Below, piece after piece: positions 53,961 through 63,036 of a stretch of 64,000 nt of DNA (within the stretch, counting starts at the first letter, position 1; every line of letters begins with the position of its first letter). The notes under the pieces are model-generated. The model worked only from the letters and a program-made list of their open reading frames with translations, did not search any database and was not told the DNA's origin. The stretch is from Alphaproteobacteria bacterium (GTDB lineage: Bacteria; Bacteroidota; Bacteroidia; Bacteroidales; FEN-979): the NCBI GenBank assembly GCA_009928665.1, contig SACF01000016.1, forward strand, positions 7,474-71,473, read 5' to 3'. A program made the translations under genes and the position numbers.

Positions 53961-55452
53961 ACTGCAGAATAAGTTTCCCGGAGCCATTCCAATCGGATGA
54001 GGTTACTTTCCAGAAGTAAATCCCCCGTGGCAGGAAGTCCGTTGCGATGCTGATAACGTCGTGATTTAGATTTGCATACAAAACCTGTTTGCCCTGCAAA
54101 TTGTACAGGCTGAATCCGGTTGCTGCGTCAATCGCAGACCCCGTCGGTGTGACGGTTATTTTATCCGATGCCGGGTTAGGGAACACGGTTACAATAGGTT
54201 GGACTCCAATGGGGTGGTCCTCAATGCCAACCAGGGTCTGGCAATCAGGTGCAACCGGGGTTCCCCAGGTCTCCCCGCTGCGGTTAAACCAGACCAACGA
54301 CTCTTGCGATCCGGACCACATCTCCAGCGTCTGGTTATGGGTCAATCCCAACCCCGGAGCGTATTCTTCCAGGTGCCAGTACTCCCACAAAGAGTTACTC
54401 CAACAGGTCGGGAGTGTGATTCCGAAATTGTAACTGTCATACTCAATGGCCTTGACCTGGCGGTTGTTGAAATCCTTGCTGCGACGGGAGTAACGGTTTG
54501 CGATCTGGTCGGGCAATGTCGTAGAACTCACGCTGAGCTCACCGGGAAGCGGCGTGAATGGGGTAATCGTGTCTAACGCCAGGAAATTGTACCTGATCAG
54601 GATGGTGTCATGAAGGGTGGTAACTCCCGGCGGCGGAGCAGCTTCCATCCTCCGGCACCGCTCGAAGATGTAATCTACCGAGTCGGTTCCGTTGCCTGTT
54701 TTCCCGATCACATTCATGATCGTTTTTGTGTCGGCCATACCCCCCATATCATCGATATGCCCCTCATAATGAAACTGATCACCCACGGAGAAATCATAAA
54801 CGTCGCGCCAGCCGAAATCCTGTGCGCCCATCGGAGGAGTCGATTTTCCTTCGAGGGAATAGAATCTGACCTGTTCGGGGAGGAAATAGACGTCATAGAA
54901 GGTAACCAGTCCGTAATGCTGGCTGAGTTTGAAAGGCTGGTCATTAAGCGGATGGCTGATGTTGGCGCCCGACTGATTTTTCGCCTGAAGCGTGATCAGT
55001 TTTACCTGGTCCGATTGCCCTAAAACCTGTTCGACCGTGAGGGAATTAACCGTTGCCGTAACATATCCGCCACCTGAAAGGTTGCAGAACCGCCACGACT
55101 GACCTGTAGTGGAAGCCGTATTGATCCTGATGGTGTCGTCGTTCCGGTTGAAAAAATAGTACCATCCGTCGTGGGTGAGAATCACCTTTTCACCCAATAC
55201 CGATCCACCGGTTGTATCGAGGCAATTAAACATATTAAGAGAATCGCGGATCGTACGGTACGAATAACAGGCTGTATCCTGGCCCGGCAACACCAGCGTG
55301 GAGTCGAGCCGGAAGGCTTTTATATTCTCCACAGTATCTGAATTGCTGTAAAAAGTGGTTCCCGGCGAACAAATGTTTTGCCAGCTCTGGGCAAAGAGAA
55401 TCCCCGGAAGAGAACAAAGGATTCCAAAAAGTAGGCGAAGGGGCGTTTTCAT
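53959..55452 (-). CDS. hypothetical secreted protein with T9SS C-terminal sorting domain
   Basis: Signal peptide MKTPLRLLFGILCSLPGILFAQ. The C-terminus VTVFPNPASDKITVT...GIYFWKV...KLILQ is CTD-like. Confidence 0.75.
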   Translation of the reverse strand: MKTPLRLLFGILCSLPGILFAQSWQNICSPGTTFYSNSDTVENIKAFRLDSTLVLPGQDTACYSYRTIRDSLNMFNCLDTTGGSVLGEKVILTHDGWYYFFNRNDDTIRINTASTTGQSWRFCNLSGGGYVTATVNSLTVEQVLGQSDQVKLITLQAKNQSGANISHPLNDQPFKLSQHYGLVTFYDVYFLPEQVRFYSLEGKSTPPMGAQDFGWRDVYDFSVGDQFHYEGHIDDMGGMADTKTIMNVIGKTGNGTDSVDYIFERCRRMEAAPPPGVTTLHDTILIRYNFLALDTITPFTPLPGELSVSSTTLPDQIANRYSRRSKDFNNRQVKAIEYDSYNFGITLPTCWSNSLWEYWHLEEYAPGLGLTHNQTLEMWSGSQESLVWFNRSGETWGTPVAPDCQTLVGIEDHPIGVQPIVTVFPNPASDKITVTPTGSAIDAATGFSLYNLQGKQVLYANLNHDVISIATDFLPRGIYFWKVTSSDWNGSGKLILQ

Positions 55453-55485
55453 ATGGTTAAGAGTTTAAAATTCACAGAAGCGATT

Positions 55486-55534
55486 ATTCGCTAATCCCTA
55501 TTCGCTAATCCCAAATCGCTGATCCCTGATGACT
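55486..55534. repeat. heptamer/14-mer tandem array (ATTCGCT AATCCCT, 7 heptamers)
   Basis: The units read attcgct aatccct attcgct aatccca aatcgct gatccct gatgact. The last unit overlaps the stop of the PQQ-propeller gene. Confidence 0.9.
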
Positions 55535-56786
55535 ACTGCCTGATTTGATAGGCCATCAGCGCATTACCATGCCTGATATAAAGAACCCCACGGTCGATCA
55601 CCGGGTGTGCGAAATGTTCCTGTTTCCCCATGGTCGCCTTGAACATGCTCACCAGCTCGGGGCCGGTTGATGAGGGCCGTATCAGGTTTACCTCACCCCG
55701 GTGGGTGTAATAATAGAGCATCCTGCCGTCTGAAATGAGCGCTCCAATGCCACATTTCAGCACGCTTTTAACCTCCCCGGTGGTTATATCAACACTGATC
55801 AGCGCCTTTCTCGAGTCACTACCCGTGTAGATAAGGTTTCCCTGTTTGATAAAACCGCTCATGTAGTTGTCGACGGTCGGGTTTCGCCATACCTGCCTGA
55901 TGCTGGCGCCATCAGGGCCAAGGATCAGCCGCACCGCCCCGTTCCCGTCGCCGGCCAGGTAAAAGATGGCTCCGTTTTCATACCATATGGTGTTACTGTG
56001 TGTATCACCGTTTCCCAATTTGCGTTCGGCGGGTGGAATGTTGTCCTGCGGATGGGTCCAGAGCAGCTTGCCCGTTTTTGCATCGATTCCCAGCAGGGAA
56101 TAGGCCGAAAAGGTTACCAGGATCGTCCGCGACGGGAGCCTGATGATCAGCGGGGAGTTGTAACCCTGCCGCTCTCCGTCGCCAGGACAACCCCAGACAT
56201 GTTTACCCGTAAAACGGTTCAGTGCGACGACCCCCGTATCTTTGCCTCCCGGTGTGAAAAATACCAGGTCGCCATCTACCGCCGGCGACTCAGAATGGCC
56301 GTACAGAGGCATGATCTGGGACCCCGGCCGGTTGTCGAGCCTCCATTTCTCCTTGAATGTGTCCAGGTCGATGCATACCAGGTCTCCCTGTCCTGTGCTG
56401 ACGTAAATGAGGCCGCCCGCAATGGTTGGCGACATGCGCGACCCCGGGTAGTTGACCACCCACTCCTTGCCGAAGGATACCTTGCGGAGCAGTTTTCCCT
56501 GACGGTCGAATTCGAAAAGCCAGGCATTTTCACCCAGTGCACCGCAGATGTATAACTTTCCGTCAAGACAAACCGGTGAACCATATCCTGAACCAATTTC
56601 AGATGATGACCACAGGAGTTCAGGACCTGTAGCCGGCCACTCTTCAAGCGTCTGTTGCTCAGGGTAAACACCCCGTCGGTCATTCCCGCGCCATTGGGCC
56701 TGAACCTGTGGTTGTGCCTGATAAACCGAACCAATAAGTAAAATTGCAGTCAGCGTAATTCTGACCCGGATCAATGGTGAAAGCAT
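55533..56786 (-). CDS. PQQ-like (BamB-like) beta-propeller repeat protein, paralog 1
   Basis: Signal peptide. WRGNDRRGVYPE...GYGSPV...NYPGSRMSPT...AHPVIDRGVLYIRHGNALMAY is collinear with the ORF at 59944-61173. Confidence 0.8.
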   Translation of the reverse strand: MLSPLIRVRITLTAILLIGSVYQAQPQVQAQWRGNDRRGVYPEQQTLEEWPATGPELLWSSSEIGSGYGSPVCLDGKLYICGALGENAWLFEFDRQGKLLRKVSFGKEWVVNYPGSRMSPTIAGGLIYVSTGQGDLVCIDLDTFKEKWRLDNRPGSQIMPLYGHSESPAVDGDLVFFTPGGKDTGVVALNRFTGKHVWGCPGDGERQGYNSPLIIRLPSRTILVTFSAYSLLGIDAKTGKLLWTHPQDNIPPAERKLGNGDTHSNTIWYENGAIFYLAGDGNGAVRLILGPDGASIRQVWRNPTVDNYMSGFIKQGNLIYTGSDSRKALISVDITTGEVKSVLKCGIGALISDGRMLYYYTHRGEVNLIRPSSTGPELVSMFKATMGKQEHFAHPVIDRGVLYIRHGNALMAYQIRQ

Positions 56787-56902
56787 TAGTGATTAATTGA
56801 AGGATGAATACCATGAAGAACTTTGTTAATTTCGCAGGGGTTGTTCCGCTACCGGACAGATACCCTGACAGATACTTCAAAATTCTGGATTTTTTTCAAT
56901 AG

Positions 56903-57103
56903 ATGAACAAAAAGGTTGAAATTTTTATCGGAAGTCCGAGAGAAAATGGGAATACCTCTTTCGAGTGGCGCTGTCGTCCACTATTCGGCAGAGGCATTGA
57001 CGTTTACCACCGGACGGACAGAACTATTGTGCGCCGGCGATACTACTTGCCGGTTTTTTGTCCCGCTGGATTGAACCGAAAGGTGATGACCCTGTTGTCG
57101 TAA
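56903..57103 (+). pseudogene. possible remnant of a flavodoxin-like / NADPH-dependent FMN reductase gene (N-terminal ~20 codons only)
   Basis: MNKKVEIFIGSPRENGNTS resembles the conserved N-terminus (...I.GSPR.NGNT) of iron-sulfur flavoprotein/FMN-reductase families. The rest of the 66-aa ORF is unrelated and overlaps the 3' end of the convergent gene. Confidence 0.3.
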
Positions 57104-58947
57104 AGGGTCGGGGCGACCAGCAATCCGGTTTTGGGGATGTAACAGAATGCCGCCAGCGAAATACCGGCAGCCGTGGTATTGATCAGCAATTTCTTTTCAC
57201 CGGCAGGTGTGACTCTGTAGACCTTTCCGTTAAAATCACCTACGAGGTAGTTACCCTGACCGTCAGGAACAAGACCGTCGATGATGCTTCCGCTGCCAAT
57301 GCAGGCAAGCAGGCTGATGTTTTTGGTTTCCGGGTCGATGATCCTGACGCAGCCATCGGCGGATGTCCCGGCCAGTATCCGGCCATGGTCATAAAGAATC
57401 GCGTTCACCCTCGCGAGTTCCGGACTTTCAAGCCAGATTTCCATCTTTCCTTCTTTGAGGCGGTAGATACAGCCTTTAAAACTGTCGGTGATGTAAAGTT
57501 CCCCGTTGTCTGAGGCACAAACATCATTGGGCAAACCCGGTCCGGGAAATGGATAACGGTTGAGGATGGTGCCCCGGTCAGGATCGATCTCCACGAGACT
57601 TTGCCTGCCCACCGTATATAAACGGTCACCCGAAAGGCATAACCCTGAGGGCTGGAAAACGCCTTTAACCCATTCGGCCTCTGCAAGGGTTCCGTCGGGC
57701 CTGAGCTTAGAAATGGACCCACCTGCGTCGAGATAATAGTTCGAAACATAGACGACCCCCCGTTTCGAATCATATTCAGCCGATTCGGGATACCTGAAGC
57801 CGTTCCGAATCTCCCAGGCGCGTGCCACCCCGCTGTCGAGGTAGATGGCGCTGCAATCCCTGAACATGAACCCCCAGCCGCCGAACGATTCGGTCACCAT
57901 CAGCAGCAGTTCATTCTTCCCCTTTTTCAATGGCAGGTTGATGTAATCGTTCAGCCCGACAATTCCCTGGAAAGAGGGATCGCGGCTCATGTAACTGCTG
58001 TTGCCGATGAAAACCAACTCGCCGTTCAGGAATATCGAAATAAGATCGCTGTAGCCGAATGAAAACAATTTCGACTCTTCCTGGTCGGAAGTAAGGGTTG
58101 TCCTGGCCAGTATTACATCAGGTGAATTGCCTGACCGTGGATAATAGCGGGAGATATCAACAATGCCATCGGGCCTGCAGGTGGCCATCTTCCATTGCAG
58201 ATCGGTCAGCCCCTGTTTCGCGGGGTGTATCTCGTTGTTAATGGAAGATGCTTTGATAACGGACGATAGCTCCCATTCCGTCACGATTCCGAATGGCACT
58301 TCCTGCATTACCGGGGGTTGAAACACCAGTGACTTGTCTTCCCTGCAGGAGAAATTGGAAAAGAATGCGCTGCCATCGGCCGGTCCCGAAAGGCCGATCT
58401 TTCCATTCCCGGCCCCGTGACCCAGGTTGGGCACCTCTAAAGCCGGCCGTTGATCGTTATTCAGGAACAGCCGTGCCTGCCCGCCCTTGAATTCCAACTT
58501 CACATGAAACCATTCATTCCTTGTGATGGCGGCGCTGGCAGTGTAACCCTGTCCGTTGTACAACTGCCATGAATCGATGTCGTTGAAAGTCGACACATAC
58601 TGGATCACATTCTGGAACGTGACCGGCAGATGCGGACGGATATAGATCCTTTCATAACTGTCGTCCGTTGTTATCCTGAACAGGATCCCCGGGTAGGAGC
58701 GCTGACCCGTGACCGCCATATCGAATTCCACAACGCCATCGGAGAGGGTCCGGTTTTTCAGGATGGCGCTGCCCTGGAGTGCAGACCTTCCCATGTATTC
58801 AACGGCAACGGCATCCATGAATTCCCAGTGGGCCGAATCGAAAGGGATGGTGTTTACCTGGGCCATCAGGCCCGGCATTGAAAAGGTGTAAAACAGGATA
58901 GCCAGGAGCAGGGAATTGAACCTCCCGGAAGATAAAACAGTTTCCAT
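57043..58947 (-). CDS. secreted multidomain protein: ConA/LamG-like (DUF1080-like) N-terminal domain plus SMP-30/NHL-type propeller C-terminal domain (inferred)
   Basis: Signal peptide ...FSMPGLMAQ. The N-terminal pattern DGVVEFDM...YPGILFR...NEWFHVKLEFKG fits a jelly-roll fold, and the C-terminal repeats (LYITD, GNYLVGDF) are propeller-like. Confidence 0.6.
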   Translation of the reverse strand: METVLSSGRFNSLLLAILFYTFSMPGLMAQVNTIPFDSAHWEFMDAVAVEYMGRSALQGSAILKNRTLSDGVVEFDMAVTGQRSYPGILFRITTDDSYERIYIRPHLPVTFQNVIQYVSTFNDIDSWQLYNGQGYTASAAITRNEWFHVKLEFKGGQARLFLNNDQRPALEVPNLGHGAGNGKIGLSGPADGSAFFSNFSCREDKSLVFQPPVMQEVPFGIVTEWELSSVIKASSINNEIHPAKQGLTDLQWKMATCRPDGIVDISRYYPRSGNSPDVILARTTLTSDQEESKLFSFGYSDLISIFLNGELVFIGNSSYMSRDPSFQGIVGLNDYINLPLKKGKNELLLMVTESFGGWGFMFRDCSAIYLDSGVARAWEIRNGFRYPESAEYDSKRGVVYVSNYYLDAGGSISKLRPDGTLAEAEWVKGVFQPSGLCLSGDRLYTVGRQSLVEIDPDRGTILNRYPFPGPGLPNDVCASDNGELYITDSFKGCIYRLKEGKMEIWLESPELARVNAILYDHGRILAGTSADGCVRIIDPETKNISLLACIGSGSIIDGLVPDGQGNYLVGDFNGKVYRVTPAGEKKLLINTTAAGISLAAFCYIPKTGLLVAPTLYDNRVITFRFNPAGQKTGK

Positions 58948-59093
58948 CTTTGTTTATTTTACGTGAATAGATCAATACCGGTGGGTGACAGAATCCTGCA
59001 CCGGTTCTTTACGGTTTGCGTTTCGCGCTTCGTTCATTCTGCTCCGCCTGTCACTCATTTCTTAGTTCGCCCATTTGCTGTGATGAATTTTCA

Positions 59094-59813
59094 TCAGGGT
59101 TTCGGCATACTGAAAAGCCCCGGATCGATCTCCTTGTTGAGTTCGATCGTTTCATACTGCAATGAATTATAAGGTTGCCCGCCGATCCGGGTATCCTGTT
59201 TGAATCCGAACATGATGCCGTCGACCGGCCGGTAATCGCTGAAATAATTCTCCATCAAGATCTCCCTTCCGCGGACCGTCCTGTTGTAAAGGCGTTTTTT
59301 GATCAGGTTATCGCCCGGGTCGATGAAGAGGTATTCGACCCCTCCGTCGTTCTTCGTGATCTTCAATTTATTCATGATTACCTGATTAACGGTATCCTTT
59401 CCCGCAAGTTCAACCAGGTGCCCCTTGGCTTTCCAGTTAAACAGTATCCCTTCAAATTCGGCGGTGATCTTCATGGCGCCAACCCTGTCAGGCGGCATGA
59501 CCTGCGGCTTCGGATTTCCCGTCCAGGGGGTGGTCATCCATGCCGTGGTACCGTCGTACCCCTGGTATGCCGTGAGGTCGGCAATGTCGAATTCCATCAG
59601 GTACTTGTCAGGCCTGAGCCTGTATACCTTTACCGGCATGACGTCATTCTGGGTCATCAGGCCTGTCATGACCATCGAATTAACTTTTTTGAGGTGGTCG
59701 ATGCCCATAGCCTTGTAATATTTATCAAGAATATCGTCAAGCGACTGCTCCTGAGCCACTGCCGGAATGCAGGCCAGCAGGCTGAACAAAAGGTTAACGT
59801 AAAAGCTTTTCAT
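59094..59813 (-). CDS. outer-membrane lipoprotein-sorting (LolA-fold)-like protein
   Basis: Signal peptide MKSFYVNLLFSLLACIPAVAQ. The pattern LDDILDKYYKAMG...YRLRPDKYLMEF...GYDGTTAWM recalls the LolA-like/DUF4367-type family. The assignment is by recollection only. Confidence 0.6.
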   Translation of the reverse strand: MKSFYVNLLFSLLACIPAVAQEQSLDDILDKYYKAMGIDHLKKVNSMVMTGLMTQNDVMPVKVYRLRPDKYLMEFDIADLTAYQGYDGTTAWMTTPWTGNPKPQVMPPDRVGAMKITAEFEGILFNWKAKGHLVELAGKDTVNQVIMNKLKITKNDGGVEYLFIDPGDNLIKKRLYNRTVRGREILMENYFSDYRPVDGIMFGFKQDTRIGGQPYNSLQYETIELNKEIDPGLFSMPKP

Positions 59814-59861
59814 GAGTGATTGACTGATTTATTGAATGAGTGAATGAGTGATTGAGTGAAT
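59814..59861. repeat. octamer tandem array (GAGTGAAT-type, 6 units)
   Basis: The units read gagtgatt gactgatt tattgaat gagtgaat gagtgatt gagtgaat. The array abuts the ATG (rc 59811-59813) of the LolA-like gene. Confidence 0.95.
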
Positions 59862-59917
59862 TTTCAATTTTCAATTGTCAATTGTCAATTGTCCATTGTC
59901 AATTGTCAATTGTCCAT
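59862..59917. repeat. heptamer tandem array (TTTTCAA/TTGTCAA/TTGTCCA, 8 units)
   Basis: The units read ttttcaa ttttcaa ttgtcaa ttgtcaa ttgtcca ttgtcaa ttgtcaa ttgtcca. The first 30 nt are identical to 6343-6372. Confidence 0.95.
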
Positions 59918-59943
59918 TGCCGACTGCCTGTTTTCCGGCCTTT

Positions 59944-61173
59944 TTACCCTTTCACATGGTAAGCAAGCAGCGATTTTCCATGCCTGAGGTACAACACCCC
60001 ATTGCAGATAACCGGGTGTGAAAAGTGAGCCTTGGTCCCTCTGGTCACTTTAAAAACACTCACCTGTTCGAGTTTCGGGCCGTTGGGTTTAAAAAGACCC
60101 AGTTGTCCCTTTTCATTATAAAGATATAGCATTCCGTCGGCTTCGACGATGCTTCCCCGGTCGAACCTCAGCGAGTCGACCACCGCACCGGTATTCACAT
60201 CCACCGAATAGTACTGCCTTTTTTCATATCCGCCGGTATAGAGGTGATCTTTCACTTTGATAAATCCACCGAACAACCCGTCGGCTTTGCCGTTTTTCCA
60301 TGTCTCGGTAATGGTGCTCCCATCGGAGGATAGCTGTATTCTGAATGTTCCATAGCCGTTCCCGTTCACGCAGTAAAGGCTTCCGTTTTCATAAAGCGGG
60401 GTGTTGCACTGGCAATCAATTTCCTGTCCTTCCTGTTTGTGCGACCAAAGCAAACTCCCGTCTTTGGTGTCGATTCCCAGTAGGGTTGTCATCGAGAAGG
60501 TGACGAGGATGGTCCGCTGAGGCAGGCGGATGAGCATGGGTGATGTATAGGAGGTCATTTCGCCGGATCCCTTGCTGATCCAGATGATTTTGCCGGTAAA
60601 CCGGTCGAGTGCCACCACGTTGGTGTCACGACTGCCGGGAGCGCAGTAGACCCGGTCGCCATCCACCAGCAGGGATTCTGAAAACCCGAAGCGGGGTATC
60701 TCCCCATGGAAGTCGCTCGTCAGGTTAAACGACCAGCGTTCTTTGCCTGTTGCTGTCTCGAAGCAGGCCACCTGTCCCATGCCGGCGGTCACGTACACAA
60801 GGTCGCCGGCCACCGTGGGCGTGTTGCGCGATCCGGGATAATTCTGAACCCATTCCCGGCCGATCTTCGATTTCCATTGCAACTTACCCTGCAGGTCGAG
60901 TGCGAACAAGTAACTAACAGTATCGATTTCCCCGTTAACGAATATGTTGTTTCGCGTGATGACCGGGCTTCCGTAGCCATTGCCGATGCCTTCTGATTCC
61001 CATTGCATGACAGGGCCCTCAGGTGGCCAGCTTTTCAGCAGGCCGGTTTCATGGTAAACCCCGCTGCGGTCCTCTCCCCGCCATTGGAGGATCTCCCGGG
61101 TTTGAGCTGTTACATGAGAAAAGGTAGATAGTGCCAGTAAAATGAGCATGCAGGATTTCAATGGTTGCGACAT
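59944..61173 (-). CDS. PQQ-like (BamB-like) beta-propeller repeat protein, paralog 2
   Basis: I place the start at MSQPLKSCMLILLALSTFSHVTAQ (ATG rc 61171-61173). It is collinear with 55533-56786 (WRGEDRSGVYHE...GYGSPV...NYPGSRNTPT...SHPVICNGVLYLRHGKSLLAY). Confidence 0.8.
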   Translation of the reverse strand: MSQPLKSCMLILLALSTFSHVTAQTREILQWRGEDRSGVYHETGLLKSWPPEGPVMQWESEGIGNGYGSPVITRNNIFVNGEIDTVSYLFALDLQGKLQWKSKIGREWVQNYPGSRNTPTVAGDLVYVTAGMGQVACFETATGKERWSFNLTSDFHGEIPRFGFSESLLVDGDRVYCAPGSRDTNVVALDRFTGKIIWISKGSGEMTSYTSPMLIRLPQRTILVTFSMTTLLGIDTKDGSLLWSHKQEGQEIDCQCNTPLYENGSLYCVNGNGYGTFRIQLSSDGSTITETWKNGKADGLFGGFIKVKDHLYTGGYEKRQYYSVDVNTGAVVDSLRFDRGSIVEADGMLYLYNEKGQLGLFKPNGPKLEQVSVFKVTRGTKAHFSHPVICNGVLYLRHGKSLLAYHVKG

Positions 61174-61328
61174 GTTTTTTCGGGTTTTGATGCGGCCCAA
61201 AAATACAAAACCATTTCCCGGAAGTCACACGAACTCGATGAATCACTTGATTTTCTTGTTGAAAATCAGGATTGACAGGCATATTAGGCAGGGGACAGTA
61301 GAAAGCAGACAGTCCGAAGAGTGCAAAG

Positions 61329-62096
61329 TTATATTTCGCGGGATATGGACAATCCGAAGAGGGCAAAATCATATTTTACCGGGTCTTCAGGATCGAGGCG
61401 ACGTAAATGGCCGGTCAGCTCAACCGCGGCTTTCCAATCGTTTGTGTTCCGTTGGAGCAAACCGAGCATGCGGGCGGTTTTCCCGGTGTGGAGGTCGAGG
61501 GGACAGATGAGGGCGGCCGGACGGATCGATTTCCACAACCCGAAATCCACACCGCGTCCATCGTTTCGCACCATCCATCGTAAAAACATGTTGATCCGCT
61601 TTGCAGCCGAGCCTTTGGCGGGATTCGCAAGGTGCTTCTCCGACCGGGGCAGATGATCTGTTTCGAGGAACAGGGAACGGAACCGGGAAATGGCATGCGC
61701 GGCGCCCTGTTCGTTCATGCTTTGAAACAACGGCTCAAAGCCCGGGTATTGCTGACAGATATTCCGGAGTGCGGTGATGAAAAAGAGCGCATCGTCACCG
61801 TTAAACGTACGGTGGACAAATTTCTGAAAGGGCTTCAGATCAGCCGGGGAGGCGTTGACCAGGAAATCGCGGGGGGCATCGTCCATCAGGCGGAGGAGCT
61901 GCCGCGCATGTACAATGATCGACTTCCGGTTGCCCCAGGCAAGGGTGGCCGACAAAAACCCGGCAATCTCAATGTCGCCGGGCCGGGTAAAGAGGTGGGG
62001 GATGCTGACGGGATCAGAATCAATAAAACCCGGATTGTTGAAACGCAGGTACTGCTCCTCCAGAAAATCCTTTATCTTATGTATAGATGGCTTCAT
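61329..62096 (-). CDS. TIGR02757 (DUF2400) family protein
   Basis: The PLDLHTGKTARMLGLL...DWKAAVELT..LRRLDPEDPVKYDFALFGL pattern matches my recollection of the TIGR02757 family. Confidence 0.75.
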   Translation of the reverse strand: MKPSIHKIKDFLEEQYLRFNNPGFIDSDPVSIPHLFTRPGDIEIAGFLSATLAWGNRKSIIVHARQLLRLMDDAPRDFLVNASPADLKPFQKFVHRTFNGDDALFFITALRNICQQYPGFEPLFQSMNEQGAAHAISRFRSLFLETDHLPRSEKHLANPAKGSAAKRINMFLRWMVRNDGRGVDFGLWKSIRPAALICPLDLHTGKTARMLGLLQRNTNDWKAAVELTGHLRRLDPEDPVKYDFALFGLSISREI

Positions 62097-62360
62097 TCGG
62101 GAGTCTCAGATTATTAAAACGAAGCGCTGACCTGATTCATTCACAAAAATATTATTTTCCTTGCTATGCTGTAGGTTTTCCGTGACCCTCTTTTCCATTT
62201 ATTACAAGGAGAACCACTGGAGATTACACAGAACCAAGGGTTCATACCCGTGATTGCAATTTAGTTGGTGGATGTGGCGCCGTGGTGAAATTCGTCACCC
62301 AAATTCAGGACGGGTTATTGTCAAATCCGAACGATCCGATTCCGGGTCTGGATTGCCGTG

Positions 62361-62398
62361 AAAAAACAAACCGGAGGAATTCCCTGCGGCTCCTCCGG
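62361..62398 (-). terminator. Rho-independent terminator after the oxidoreductase gamma subunit
   Basis: On the minus strand, CCGGAGGA-loop(12)-TCCTCCGG is followed by TTTGTTTTTT, about 85 nt after the stop at 62482. Confidence 0.6.
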
Positions 62399-62481
62399 TC
62401 CGGATAATAAGATCAACGCCGGTAAAATGGTTCCTTTACCCCGGGTGATGTTTGTTAACGGTACGTCAGATCAGGGTTCCG

Positions 62482-63036
62482 TTAATTAAGAACCTGGATC
62501 GGCTTTAAAATCTCTTTCCCCAGCTCGATGGCTTTCTCGTTTTCGGGAATGAGTTTGTGATGCCGTGCGGGTAACGATTTCTCCAATCCTTTATGAATGA
62601 ATTCCGGCGCAACCAGCGGTTTGAGCTTGAGGAACCCGCCCAGCACGATCATGTTAAAGATCTTGGAAAGACCCCGCTTTCCTGCTTCATCCGCAGCTTC
62701 AATGGAATAGATGTTGATATCCTTCCGCTCCGGGAAACGGGTAATCCCGTTGGGATCGTAGATGAGCAATCCGCCCGGTTTAACGGTCTTTTCAAATTTA
62801 TCCATCGACTGCTGATTGAGGATAATGGCAGTGTCGAAGGAATTCAGTATGGGGGAACTGATCCGTTCATCGCTGATGATAACGGTAACATTCGCGGTAC
62901 CGCCCCGCATTTCCGGTCCGTAGGAAGGCATCCAACTGACCTCTTTATTTTGCATCACCCCCGAGTAGGCCAGGATCTTTCCCATGGAAAGAACGCCCTG
63001 TCCGCCGAAACCTGCAATAATGATCTCTTCTGTCAT
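62482..63036 (-). CDS. 2-oxoacid:ferredoxin oxidoreductase gamma subunit
   Basis: IIIAGFGGQGVLSMGKILA...GPEMRGGTA is typical of the POR/VOR/KOR gamma subunit. Confidence 0.85.
   Translation of the reverse strand: MTEEIIIAGFGGQGVLSMGKILAYSGVMQNKEVSWMPSYGPEMRGGTANVTVIISDERISSPILNSFDTAIILNQQSMDKFEKTVKPGGLLIYDPNGITRFPERKDINIYSIEAADEAGKRGLSKIFNMIVLGGFLKLKPLVAPEFIHKGLEKSLPARHHKLIPENEKAIELGKEILKPIQVLN

Noticed and set aside
59175-59819. 214-aa ORF antisense to almost the entire LolA-like gene.
   Set aside because: The minus-strand product has a signal peptide and a family-like pattern. The plus-strand product is Arg/His/Val-rich with no motif, and its last codons translate part of the octamer repeat.
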